A stretch of DNA of 15,439 nucleotides from an uncultured Nitrososphaerota archaeon (GCA_964518475.1 CAZFGR010000032.1:1-15439); one strand, 5' to 3'; counted from the first letter of the stretch, positions 1 to 9,167 are shown. The notes: a model not told the origin generated them from the letters alone. Program-made: numbers and translations.

Positions 1-37
1 CTTTCAATTCCCTTGTCTGGGAGTCTAGTTCTGGCTC
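1..37 (-). CRISPR. Leader-proximal repeat of CRISPR array 1 (array presumably continues beyond the left edge)
   Basis: The + strand reads CTTTCAATTCCCTTGTCTGGGAGTCTAGTTCTGGCTC (37 nt); the minus strand reads GAGCCAGAACTAGACTCCCAGACAAGGGAATTGAAAG. It has the typical ATTGAAAG 3' end (8-nt crRNA 5' tag) preceded by a TCCC/GGGA stem. Related copies occur at 14812, 14887, 15324 and 15402. Only one copy is visible at this end. Confidence 0.85.
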
Positions 38-332
38 CGAGGCTCTTTTCGAGCCCCTTGTCCCGATACTCAAATTCTGATAGAGTTGATTTCGAACATC
101 TATAATTTGCTACTGGGTATTTAAATATGTTCTCGAATAGATTTCATTGAAGTGAAACTTAGTCGCACTTCTGTGCAAATCGTATTTATGTTTTTCTTTT
201 TTGTGTTTCTTCTCTTTTCATATATTTGCTATAGTTTCTCGTTTATGTGAGAAATTTATTCCGACTGCTTATCTATTTTTTTGGGATGTTTTTTCTCAAT
301 GATAAGAAATGTTGTATCTTGTCGTTGTTTCG
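38..332 (-). promoter_or_regulatory. CRISPR leader with TATA-like box
   Basis: AT-rich non-coding stretch between the cas6 stop and the 5' end (minus orientation) of the repeat. TATA-like TATTTAAATA at 118-127. Confidence 0.65.
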
Positions 333-986
333 TTATTTTGTGATTGTTTTCTTGAAGGATATGTTTTTTACAAGTCCTTTACCTTCTCTAGGATCATTGC
401 CGAGGTGGGCGATTTTTGCTGCAAATGCTACTAGGGTTGAGATTTTTTCATCTAGGAGGAGTTTGCCTTTTTTCATTAGGTATTTATTTTTTGCTATTTT
501 TGTCAAGGTATAGTGTGTTTCTCTAACTATATAGCCACTTAGGACTTCCTTTGAATTGAGGCCTAGTCTAGCAAATGTGGGGTTTAGGAGAGCTTCTAAG
601 GATGGTGTTGGTGGGTAGTGAAATAGAGCGTTTTCCCATACGATGTATTTTGTTTTATGATTTTTCTCGTACCATTTTAAGAGGTCGTTAAATTTGTAGA
701 ATATGTTTTCGGAGAGTAGTGTATTGCCGTTGAACAAGAGCTCTGGTCCTTTCGGGGTTAGAATATAGGCTCTTGGAATACGTAGTGCTATTAGAATGCC
801 TGCTAAATCGAATATATCTAGTGGTTCTAGTATCTTCACGCATTCATGATCAAAAAGTATTTTGCCACTATCTAAAGCTTGTGTGATGTTTCTCAGTGAT
901 TTTATGCGTGATGCTACGAATTCTCGAAGTCTTTTCTCGGCTCTTTTGGGGTTTATGGAGTCTGTAAGGATTATACTGATTAGCAA
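333..986 (-). CDS. cas6: Divergent Cas6-like crRNA-processing endoribonuclease (RAMP)
   Basis: C-terminal G-rich loop AHLGNDPREGKGLV fits the Cas6 hGxxxxxGhG motif. HYPPTPSLEALL resembles the Cas6 PxP helix segment. Last gene of the operon, next to the leader. TTG start with GGGGA upstream. Confidence 0.6.
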   Translation of the reverse strand: MLISIILTDSINPKRAEKRLREFVASRIKSLRNITQALDSGKILFDHECVKILEPLDIFDLAGILIALRIPRAYILTPKGPELLFNGNTLLSENIFYKFNDLLKWYEKNHKTKYIVWENALFHYPPTPSLEALLNPTFARLGLNSKEVLSGYIVRETHYTLTKIAKNKYLMKKGKLLLDEKISTLVAFAAKIAHLGNDPREGKGLVKNISFKKTITK

Positions 987-1015
987 AATAAGTCCCCGAA
1001 AAATGATTGATGGTT

Positions 1016-1825
1016 TTATTGTATTAGTTTCTTTAAGTCTTTGAGAAATTCTTTTAAAGGCTTTAGCCAGGGTGAGGGGTTCTGTAGGCTTTTCACAATA
1101 TCTTCTATTTTGTTATTGTTCTTCATTTTTTCATAATTAAATAGGTATCCTCTGGATTCTTCTCCTAATAATCTGGTCATTCCGTATCCTCTCGTTTTAT
1201 GGCCACCTAGTAAGATTCCATGTGTCATCCAGAGCTCAAGTATGTTAACAATGATTTTTAATGGTATTTTGTAAAGGTCTTCGGCGCCGCGATATAAGTG
1301 GAGGGGGTTATCATATATTAGTATTGCCCGGAATTTTACGCCGGGGCTCAGAGAATATACTTGAAATAGATATTTCTCATGTATTGTTCGGGTCTTTTTA
1401 TCTATCTTTATTCCTGGTTTTATGAAGAGGGCGTAATCACTTACTGGTTCTGCGTCAGTTAATTTTATTCTAGCTCGATAGAACTTCGAACCAAATAGGT
1501 TACATACAGGGCATCTCAATGCTAACTCATTAATCTCCTCTGAACTACCAGCTTTGTTTTCATGATCTCTCTCATGATCCTTTATGATTTCTTCACGATT
1601 TGGAAAATTAAGGCTTTTCATTAATAATTCAGCGTATTTTCTCAGAATACCTTTCAGTGTTGTTCTCGGAATTATTGGTTTATACTCGTTATTGATGCTT
1701 ACTTGGAATATTGGTAATGTGAGGTCTCCCTCAGCTCTTTCCCCACCCACGTGGAGTGGCCCCTCATTTACAAAGATTAGTTCCAGGTAAAGCCTTGACC
1801 TAAGATCGTAGATTAGTTCGATCAT
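1016..1825 (-). CDS. csm3: Cas7-group RAMP (Csm3-like)
   Basis: Motifs GPLHVGG, PIIPRTTLKGILR, CPVCNLFGS, G-loop LGGHKTRGYG. GAGGTGA SD upstream. Confidence 0.9.
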   Translation of the reverse strand: MIELIYDLRSRLYLELIFVNEGPLHVGGERAEGDLTLPIFQVSINNEYKPIIPRTTLKGILRKYAELLMKSLNFPNREEIIKDHERDHENKAGSSEEINELALRCPVCNLFGSKFYRARIKLTDAEPVSDYALFIKPGIKIDKKTRTIHEKYLFQVYSLSPGVKFRAILIYDNPLHLYRGAEDLYKIPLKIIVNILELWMTHGILLGGHKTRGYGMTRLLGEESRGYLFNYEKMKNNNKIEDIVKSLQNPSPWLKPLKEFLKDLKKLIQ

Positions 1826-1827
1826 TC

Positions 1828-3027
1828 TTATATCACCTCTTTCGTCGTAACTACTTTAAACCAGTTAAATCCAATCGAAGAAAGTTCGTCCAGACCCGTT
1901 AACTCAATAAATACTAGAGCTTGTTCTGGATCTGGGGAATGTACTTCATAGACATGAATACTACCGGGAGCTCCAGCATAGTACCTCGGAATTGGTCCAG
2001 AACCGTTAGAAGATGTGCCCCATCCGCTAATCTTCGTTAATGAACCCATGACGAATGGAACTTTCCCCTCGTTTGTTTGAACTTTTCTAATGTTTAGTTC
2101 TGCTTCCTGGATCGTTGATACGTGGTTTTTCAAATCCTGGGGAGGATATTTAATATTCTCGATATAAGGTCTAGAATTTTGTCCATCAATGATTTCTAAA
2201 GTAGGTGATAACGCTTTCAATACATACACGGACGATCTGGCAATTTCTTTGGCTCTTTCATCAATTTTCCTTTCGATTTCCTTTTCTTTAAGCTCCATAA
2301 TTGCCCTACCAAAGCCTCTGGAACGTCCCCTACCGAGGAATATTTCTAATTTATCGCCCGTATTCAATTTATCCATGAGTCTCCCTAATAGATCTGCTGG
2401 ATCAAATATAGTAGTAGTGAATTCTAGTCCAGCGGGCAGAAGTTCGTAGGAAAACAGCATTCCCTTCTCTGCAGTATAGTATTTCTTATTAATTGCTGTA
2501 CTTTCATGACGTGATGTATATATGTCCACCTTCTTGATTTTTCTGTTATGGAGAATGACCAGTTCGCCATGCAAGGATTTTGGATAACCTTCTCTCACGG
2601 GAGGAATACTTTTAGCGATTTCATCTATGCTTATTATGCTAGTCAATTCATCCACGGTAATTCCCACAAAAAGACTTTCTTCTCCCGTTTCTTTAATTTT
2701 CTTAACATACACAAATGGACTGGCGGGCTCCGCTTCTTTTCCATCAATAACTGGATACGCGGGGCGTATTCTTAATAATGGATTTATAATTTCATCAATT
2801 AATGCGTCACATTCCTCTCTTTTTCCTCTATTGGATAAACAAGATGCCTTTTTTATTCCGTATTTTATGCTTATTTCTCGTGCCAAACTATCTATTAGAG
2901 CCCCCTTAATACTCCTGGATGGAATATTCAGAGGCTTAGTTAATACTTCGAAGATATTCCTCCTATGTCTCCTTGTCAATATCGTAGGAGAACATAGCCT
3001 TATCTTAACCTCATATAGCTTAGGCAA
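1828..3027 (-). CDS. csx10: Cas5-group RAMP (Csx10/Csm4-like)
   Basis: Motifs LCSPTIL, IPSRSIKGAL, RIRPAYP, AEKGMLFSYE, G-loop LGRGRSRGFG, then a second RAMP-like half (LKALSP...APGS...IGFN). GGAGG SD upstream; 8-nt overlap with the preceding gene. Confidence 0.75.
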   Translation of the reverse strand: MPKLYEVKIRLCSPTILTRRHRRNIFEVLTKPLNIPSRSIKGALIDSLAREISIKYGIKKASCLSNRGKREECDALIDEIINPLLRIRPAYPVIDGKEAEPASPFVYVKKIKETGEESLFVGITVDELTSIISIDEIAKSIPPVREGYPKSLHGELVILHNRKIKKVDIYTSRHESTAINKKYYTAEKGMLFSYELLPAGLEFTTTIFDPADLLGRLMDKLNTGDKLEIFLGRGRSRGFGRAIMELKEKEIERKIDERAKEIARSSVYVLKALSPTLEIIDGQNSRPYIENIKYPPQDLKNHVSTIQEAELNIRKVQTNEGKVPFVMGSLTKISGWGTSSNGSGPIPRYYAGAPGSIHVYEVHSPDPEQALVFIELTGLDELSSIGFNWFKVVTTKEVI

Positions 3028-3664
3028 TAATACCCGCCTCCTTTAGAAGTTTTGACACGGAAGTATCGGGAATTTTTCCCTTGACACATTCGATCCTCTC
3101 TACCCTTAGTAATCCTCCCCTACCAAGTCCGTTATACGCTAATTCTAGAAGAGAAAGAAGAAGGAGATCTACTTCCTTTTCAGATAGTTCTAGAGCGTCT
3201 ATTTCAAAGCTTATTCTGGCGCGTATTGGTAAGTTTTCTTCTGTGAATAATGCACCTTCCTCCACTATGTTCTTTTTCCTGTTAATTCTGATGCGTGTCC
3301 TTCTAATAAGATGCATAGGTTCTATTCTTGCATCACTAACGATTATTTTCCCAGTAGTAGGTGCATTAGGGGCACCAAATAACTTAGAGACATCATCATT
3401 CTCACTACTAAGAACATCAGGTTTTATCTCTGGGACTGCGTAAAGATCAAGAATCCATGCTACTCTTATAGATGCTGACCTTAGGGCACCCTTTATTGTG
3501 CTTCCTGGAATAATTATTACATCACTAAAACGGCCGTTTGAATCGTAATACAATGTCCTGTAGAAGGGTACCTCAACACCAAATTCTACAGGCCGACCCA
3601 TACCCACCGTAAGTAAGTTAAGTGTCTCAGCGGTAACTCTTATCTTAAAAGAATAAGAATTCAT
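3020..3664 (-). CDS. csm3: Cas7-group RAMP (Csm3-like)
   Basis: Motifs LLTVGMG, IIPGSTIKGALR, KLFGAP, RIRINR..EEGALF, GLGRGG. ATGA overlap with the cas10 stop. Confidence 0.85.
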   Translation of the reverse strand: MNSYSFKIRVTAETLNLLTVGMGRPVEFGVEVPFYRTLYYDSNGRFSDVIIIPGSTIKGALRSASIRVAWILDLYAVPEIKPDVLSSENDDVSKLFGAPNAPTTGKIIVSDARIEPMHLIRRTRIRINRKKNIVEEGALFTEENLPIRARISFEIDALELSEKEVDLLLLSLLELAYNGLGRGGLLRVERIECVKGKIPDTSVSKLLKEAGIIA

Positions 3665-6384
3665 ATAGTTCCTCCTCCTAGTAGATCGATGAGGAAAATC
3701 ATATCAATAAGGGGTAAACATAATTTTGTCATGTCCTCAGACACGTCTCTGGCAACTTCTATAATCATTTCATAATATCTCTTGCCTTGCTGTACTCCCC
3801 TTCTAGCAGATTCTCTGAGAGTATATATTGCAGCCGTAGGAATAGATATCTCTCTATCAGTTTGTGCAACACTTAAAACCTTGAGAAGATGACGTCTAGG
3901 CTCCTTCAGGTTTTCTATACCTTCTCGTCTTTTGCGAGCATCAAAGTAAAACCTAACATACCTACGAATTAACTGCTTAATGCCCTCTATTCTCTCTCTA
4001 TAATTCTGTCCAAAAGTTATGTCAAATAATTTTTCTAAGAGATCGTATATTCTCGGTTTCCCGGAGAGAATATAAGGTTGGGCGCTAAGTCTTTCTTTAG
4101 AAATTTTTTGAAGGAATGTTCTTGCTGATTCGCTCGTAAATACTAATGACTTAGATACTAGGAAAGCTAGAGCACCACCAGATCCGAATTTTCTGCCACG
4201 ATCTTTCGCCGTGTTGAGGAGGCTCATGGCAGTTTCTATTAATGACCAAATAGGAGCCTTGGGTTTTCCCGCAATAATTCCTAAAGAGAGAGTGGGCGAG
4301 AGCTTTTGGTGGTAGCCAAGTTCCTTATGGAATGTCTCCATCACTATTAGTGCAAATGGTAGCGAAATATATGCAGGGAGAATAATAAATATGTCATCCC
4401 CGCCCATAAAGATTGTTCCTAGATATACTCTTTCGATCCATTCTCTGGCATCCATAGAATTACCAAGTACGGTTTCGAGCTCTTTCTTAATGATATCTGA
4501 TGCTACTGTGTAAGCTTTTTTCATGGCTAGATCGATACGGTAGCTTCTCTCGACGAGATCAGCCAACGAACTAGCTATACCCATGTAATAACCCATTAAA
4601 TTACCATCAGATTTTATAACAGCTAAGTCGAGATACTCCTCTATCTCACCTTTCTCAAGCTCCTCTATGCTGTGTCCAGCTATATATTCCATAATATATA
4701 ATCTTAGAATATTCTTCCAAAGTGATTCATTTTTTTCTAATGACAATAATTTGCTCCTAAATGTAAACAATCTCCCAAATTGTCGCTTTGCTAAACAATA
4801 TATGCATAATCGATCCTCATCCTCTCCTACAACATCTACATCGACTGCTGGATATTCTTTACAAGAATCGCATACGTAAGCTATAGGGGGAAGATCCAGA
4901 GAGGTTCTATTCCTAGTTCCAATGAGATATTTCTTCGCATTGATTTTTTGTTCGAGTTCTACGAAACTCTTCTTTATGTCAACTTTAAGTGTTGTGCGTT
5001 CCATAACATAGCCCAGAGGCTTATAGATAACACTACTGTCGAATACCTCCTTAATGGCTTCAGCAACTTTAGAATAAACTCTTTCAGGAATCAGTAAAGT
5101 TAGATTCCCACCCGCAGAATAAAGGATACATTCCATAGGAACTTCCTTTTCCGCAATAGCCATAGGTATATCATACATTACCAATAAATCAACTAATAAG
5201 CTACCGCCAGAAATCTCTGGTATCCTAGAGCCGCTGAAAATAAAATTCTGTATCTCCCGAGTATCTATCTTTACCAAACTTACTCCAGTAATCTCCTCAG
5301 ATTCAGTATCTTTTGAGCCTTTTTCTATTAATTCGCCCTTACTCATTATTTCAACGAATTTTTCTATAAGTTTTGAGTAGAGATCAGCTATCTTCTCGAT
5401 ACTCCCCAGTTCTCTTAAGAGATCCTCAAATGCCTCCCATTCTTTAATGCCTTTTATCCAATCTATAATAATCTGCTTTATATTATCGGGAATATCGGGA
5501 AGCTTTTCCATAAGCAGTTCAATATTCTGAGATAGCTCATCAATTCCGCTGATTATCTTGTCAGCTTGAGTAATGTATGCAGCAACCTTAGTGGGTTTCT
5601 GTTCATGATGATTCAATATTATCTCAACAATTCTGTTTAATGTTTCTTCGCTAAGAACATTTTCAAAGACGCTTTTGAATATTTCTGCTGATTTCTCAGC
5701 ATATCGTTTCCAATCAATAGGCTTTCCAATATCATGAAAAAGAGCTGCAAGCCTTATCATATCAGCCTCTTCCGTATTTCCATCGTTACTTGCAAGAGAC
5801 CATGCAAGCGCAGACGTGGTTAATAGATGAACCACTAATGAAGAAGTATTGAGAAGTGGTCTCGGGTCAGCGGGAGTATCGAAAAATATTTTCCTTACCA
5901 ACTCCATTACATCGCGATCTCTTATCCTGGCTATAGAGGGGAGCTCCTTTTCAGTCATTTTTCTATTCAATTCTATAAGCTTGTTAAATAAGGCGAGAGT
6001 TCTATCTTGAATCTCCTCCCTATCATATTTGTAGAGATTTATCTTAAACGGTATACCTCTCGCTCTATTAATGATTCCCAAGATTAACATATACCCCGGC
6101 GATTCTATCAATGGTTTCGCATCTTCTATCGAAGGAGGAATAATCATTGGTGTCTTGAAGAGCAAAGTAATAATATCGGCAAACACTCTAATCTTCTTTT
6201 TCTCATCCACGTCTCCTAATAATTTATTCAACTCCGTTACAACGTCTCTAAGAAGACTAATAAAACGTTCCCAGGCGTTCTTCAACTCCTCAACAGTTTG
6301 TACCTTCACAAATGTGGGTCTGTCCTTATTTTCATCATATATTGGTAAAAGATATCCTCTTATAACATATTGCAATAATACCAC
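3661..6384 (-). CDS. cas10: Cas10 large subunit with HD domain, Zn finger and intact Palm cyclase motif
   Basis: PADPR..SLVVH, LFHDIGK, NHHE, ADKIISG (HD domain); KIDTREIQNFIF and YSAGGN (Palm1); CDSC..CIYC; KSDGNLMG and FMGGDDIF (Palm2). The real start is probably TTG at 6375, 6 nt after a GAGGTG SD. Confidence 0.95.
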   Translation of the reverse strand: MVLLQYVIRGYLLPIYDENKDRPTFVKVQTVEELKNAWERFISLLRDVVTELNKLLGDVDEKKKIRVFADIITLLFKTPMIIPPSIEDAKPLIESPGYMLILGIINRARGIPFKINLYKYDREEIQDRTLALFNKLIELNRKMTEKELPSIARIRDRDVMELVRKIFFDTPADPRPLLNTSSLVVHLLTTSALAWSLASNDGNTEEADMIRLAALFHDIGKPIDWKRYAEKSAEIFKSVFENVLSEETLNRIVEIILNHHEQKPTKVAAYITQADKIISGIDELSQNIELLMEKLPDIPDNIKQIIIDWIKGIKEWEAFEDLLRELGSIEKIADLYSKLIEKFVEIMSKGELIEKGSKDTESEEITGVSLVKIDTREIQNFIFSGSRIPEISGGSLLVDLLVMYDIPMAIAEKEVPMECILYSAGGNLTLLIPERVYSKVAEAIKEVFDSSVIYKPLGYVMERTTLKVDIKKSFVELEQKINAKKYLIGTRNRTSLDLPPIAYVCDSCKEYPAVDVDVVGEDEDRLCIYCLAKRQFGRLFTFRSKLLSLEKNESLWKNILRLYIMEYIAGHSIEELEKGEIEEYLDLAVIKSDGNLMGYYMGIASSLADLVERSYRIDLAMKKAYTVASDIIKKELETVLGNSMDAREWIERVYLGTIFMGGDDIFIILPAYISLPFALIVMETFHKELGYHQKLSPTLSLGIIAGKPKAPIWSLIETAMSLLNTAKDRGRKFGSGGALAFLVSKSLVFTSESARTFLQKISKERLSAQPYILSGKPRIYDLLEKLFDITFGQNYRERIEGIKQLIRRYVRFYFDARKRREGIENLKEPRRHLLKVLSVAQTDREISIPTAAIYTLRESARRGVQQGKRYYEMIIEVARDVSEDMTKLCLPLIDMIFLIDLLGGGTI

Positions 6385-6385
6385 C

Positions 6386-6691
6386 TCAAAGCTCAGAAGA
6401 TAATCTTACGGGTTTTCCAGCCTTCATTGGGAAGAAATGAGGGTGCAGAAGAATGTCCTGAATACATCTAACATTATACGAGTACGTACCGTCAGAATTC
6501 CTATACCAGGAGATCTCTTTGAACTCTTTATCTTCTCTCTTATAAGCGAATCCCATATAGCCGGGGAGCATTTCTGGATGAAAATTCTTTAGGATAGTAG
6601 GTGCAAGAAACTTATTGTAAATTATGAATAATTGATAATCCCTTAACATTCTAAGTAATTCATCTTTACCGACATTAGGCAAGGCGATCAA
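6386..6691 (-). CDS. Small type III-D accessory subunit, possibly a short Csx19-like protein
   Basis: Fills the gap between a Cas7 gene (overlapping) and cas10 (1-nt gap). The beta-rich GFAY...EISWYR..GTY segment loosely resembles Csx19. The start may be TTG at 6682. Confidence 0.55.
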   Translation of the reverse strand: MIALPNVGKDELLRMLRDYQLFIIYNKFLAPTILKNFHPEMLPGYMGFAYKREDKEFKEISWYRNSDGTYSYNVRCIQDILLHPHFFPMKAGKPVRLSSEL

Positions 6692-7595
6692 CCCTCTCTA
6701 CTTCATCAAAGTTTGTCCTCAAATAGTCCTTAAACTTAAGCTCAGCATGACTAATCATTTCTTTAACAAAGTCCTTAGGAGACTTCGATAATTTCTGCGT
6801 AGCTTCATCCGCGAAAATTAGTTGAATATCTTCAAGCTCAAACAACAATCTACCAAACTTCAATTCATTATTTCTCGCATCCCTCAGTTTCCTGAATTTA
6901 AATCGTCCAATTAAAATTGGTTTATTCTCCCCTAGTCTAAGACCAATAAAGAGTAATCCTAATTGATACTTTTCTAAATTTCGAAAGCTTATTTTACCAT
7001 GAAAGATACTTCCAGGCTTTACCGCCATAACTTTTTGGCCAGTAATTAACTCTATCTTCTCTAGATTTTCCGCATTTCCTTCAAGTATAAAATTAGAGAT
7101 ATCAACAAGAGATCCGAGTCCTGGAGCTCCGAATATGTCACAGATTTCACATACCCGTCCAGATGATAGATAATCACACGGCCGCTTTACTTCCCTAACC
7201 ACATCCCCCCAAATTAACAAGTATCTCTGAGGTATTTCCTCTACACGATAAACCCTAAAGCAGGCGGGACATGCTTTATTCACGGATTTAAAAAGAAGCT
7301 CGAGTCTAGTCCTTAATGCACCCTTAATAGAGGATCCGTGAATAACTATATTACCAGCTAAGGATTGAAAGGCTTCAAAATCGAAGCTGAGTTCATGAAT
7401 GAACTCTCTTAGCTTTTCAATATTTGTTTCCTTCTTTAGTGCCTCTAATTTATTTCTGTCAAAAAGAAGGGTCTTTCGCCCAGTTCCTACAAATAGATAT
7501 GAATCCTGAGGAACGAGTGCCTTTAAACGTATTATGCCAGTAATTGGTTTGATAACATCACGTGGAGTCGGTTCTCTAGTCAGAACTCTAATCAT
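6675..7595 (-). CDS. Cas7-group RAMP with insertion (Csm3/Csm5-like, Zn-binding)
   Basis: YLFVGTG, then a ~35-aa insertion, IHGSSIKGALR, CPAC..C..CEICDIFGAPG, and IGRFKFR..KFG G-loop variant. ATGA overlap with the upstream gene. Confidence 0.85.
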   Translation of the reverse strand: MIRVLTREPTPRDVIKPITGIIRLKALVPQDSYLFVGTGRKTLLFDRNKLEALKKETNIEKLREFIHELSFDFEAFQSLAGNIVIHGSSIKGALRTRLELLFKSVNKACPACFRVYRVEEIPQRYLLIWGDVVREVKRPCDYLSSGRVCEICDIFGAPGLGSLVDISNFILEGNAENLEKIELITGQKVMAVKPGSIFHGKISFRNLEKYQLGLLFIGLRLGENKPILIGRFKFRKLRDARNNELKFGRLLFELEDIQLIFADEATQKLSKSPKDFVKEMISHAELKFKDYLRTNFDEVERVDRLA

Positions 7596-8464
7596 TTTCC
7601 TCCGCCACTCTTAACTTTAGCGACATAATTCTCCCAAGCCTTCTTGACAGCGTTTAGAAAATCCCGTATTTGCTGAGGTGAAGAAATAGTCCCCGATACA
7701 TTGAGGCCTATTTCTGTATCATTTTCATCCAGTGCTACTAATTTACCATTGACAATTCCCATAGGCCCATTAATCACTATCTTGTTAATATTAATATTAA
7801 CGGCTCCAAAACCACGTGATTTGAATCCCCCAATCTTGACAATTCCCGCATTTATATAATCAATTACATGACTAATCAACCCAAGCGCGTAGTTAGGCAA
7901 ATTAGTTGCTGTGAGCATAAAACCGAAACGTGCCCCTGGCTCTACGTACTCCACATTATACAGCGCTCTTGGCACAACCGCACCTGTTCTTCTATTAATG
8001 GCAATCCCTGTTTTTACTGAAAGCTTAAATGGTCCCTGAACATAAGCATCGTAGAAATCTACGTGTGATTTATAACTTGCAGACCCGAATATTTTGCAAA
8101 TTATGCAAAAACTATTTACTATCTCTATCAGTTTTCCCCTATTATTCTCTTTCATCGCTCTTTCAAGATCTTTTTTCCTGAGACCCCCACAAATCTTAGT
8201 AGGAGATATCTCACAAACAGGGATAGTATGTATTCTAGCAATACTCTCAGCAGTGCTTCTGAAAACACCTTTCAGGCTTGACCCAGGGATGTAAGGCTCT
8301 ACTTTCCCATTTCTAATAATTGTTAATACCTTCAGATCTGTTAATGCCGTAGGATCCAGCGTTTTTCCTCTACCTATTCTAATGGGTTCCTTATTAACTA
8401 TTTCCCCTACAATCATAATATCCCTAAATATGGTGTCATGAACTACCCACTCAACCATTTTCAC
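7592..8464 (-). CDS. csm3: Cas7-group RAMP (Csm3-like backbone subunit)
   Basis: EPIRIGRG..TDLKVL, PYIPGSSLKGVFRS, C..C..CIICKIFGS, GIAINRRTG, IGGFKSRGFG. Likely start is ATG at 8458. Confidence 0.92.
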   Translation of the reverse strand: MKMVEWVVHDTIFRDIMIVGEIVNKEPIRIGRGKTLDPTALTDLKVLTIIRNGKVEPYIPGSSLKGVFRSTAESIARIHTIPVCEISPTKICGGLRKKDLERAMKENNRGKLIEIVNSFCIICKIFGSASYKSHVDFYDAYVQGPFKLSVKTGIAINRRTGAVVPRALYNVEYVEPGARFGFMLTATNLPNYALGLISHVIDYINAGIVKIGGFKSRGFGAVNININKIVINGPMGIVNGKLVALDENDTEIGLNVSGTISSPQQIRDFLNAVKKAWENYVAKVKSGGGK

Positions 8465-8468
8465 ACCC

Positions 8469-9158
8469 TTATAACTCCTTTCTACTCACTTCTTTAAGCT
8501 CTCCATCTTGGAGAACACATCGTCTTATAACTCCTCTCCTCAGTCTTACTAATCCTGCTCCAATAGTTTTTCGACCTCCAATCTGTAGTCCGTGATCCTT
8601 CAGTGTCTTAATAAGTTTATTAAGGATCTTTGACCGATCATCATTCTCATTATCTAAGTCGATATTGATAATCATCATTCTAAAGCGAAAAACTGTACCA
8701 GGAGCTATAAACTCCTCCATGAACAAGCCTTGGTAGTGTACTGATCCAAGTGTCCTATTGATCCTTATTCCCGGCTTAATGAAAGTCTCTACTGGCACGT
8801 TATCTGCTGGATAAGCATCAAAACAAATAACATGCCCTGCCAATTCCTGAGACCCAAATATTCCGTTCAACAATTCATCAATATTAGAATTGCTCAATTT
8901 ACCTGACTGTAATAATGACTTACCAATAAGTTCACATGTAGCCCTAAAAACACCTTTCAAGCTCGACCCAGGGATATATGGTTCACTCACTAATTGACCA
9001 TTCTTAAAACGCTTAATTCTTAAAACGGGATTATCCACTAAATCGAACTTAGCTTGATCCCTCCCACTACTAATTCTGATAGGAGTCTCAGCTACCAATT
9101 CTCCCTCAATCTCAAATAATACCTTAAGCTCATCAAAATCTTCATACTTGCTATTCAC
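8469..9158 (-). CDS. csm3: Cas7-group RAMP (Csm3-like)
   Basis: ETPIRISSG..VDNPVLR, PYIPGSSLKGVFRA, IFGSQ, IGGRKTIGAG. GTG start with AGGTGA SD. Confidence 0.9.
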   Translation of the reverse strand: MNSKYEDFDELKVLFEIEGELVAETPIRISSGRDQAKFDLVDNPVLRIKRFKNGQLVSEPYIPGSSLKGVFRATCELIGKSLLQSGKLSNSNIDELLNGIFGSQELAGHVICFDAYPADNVPVETFIKPGIRINRTLGSVHYQGLFMEEFIAPGTVFRFRMMIINIDLDNENDDRSKILNKLIKTLKDHGLQIGGRKTIGAGLVRLRRGVIRRCVLQDGELKEVSRKEL

Positions 9159-9167
9159 TAAATCACC

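Noticed and set aside
41-55. GGCTC-TTTTC-GAGCC hairpin at the leader-repeat junction
   Set aside because: A 5-bp stem is too short to support a function without comparison to other leaders.
6373-6400. Possible frameshifted fusion of the small Csx19-like gene with cas10
   Set aside because: No slippery run at the junction, and a clean GAGGTG SD plus TTG start explains two separate genes.
247-8294. + strand ORFs 247..513, 862..1044, 1584..1790, 2189..2449, 2548..2775, 2627..3046, 3081..3443, 4667..4879, 6071..6403, 8094..8294
   Set aside because: Antisense shadows of well-supported cas genes; S/F/L/I-rich with no motifs.
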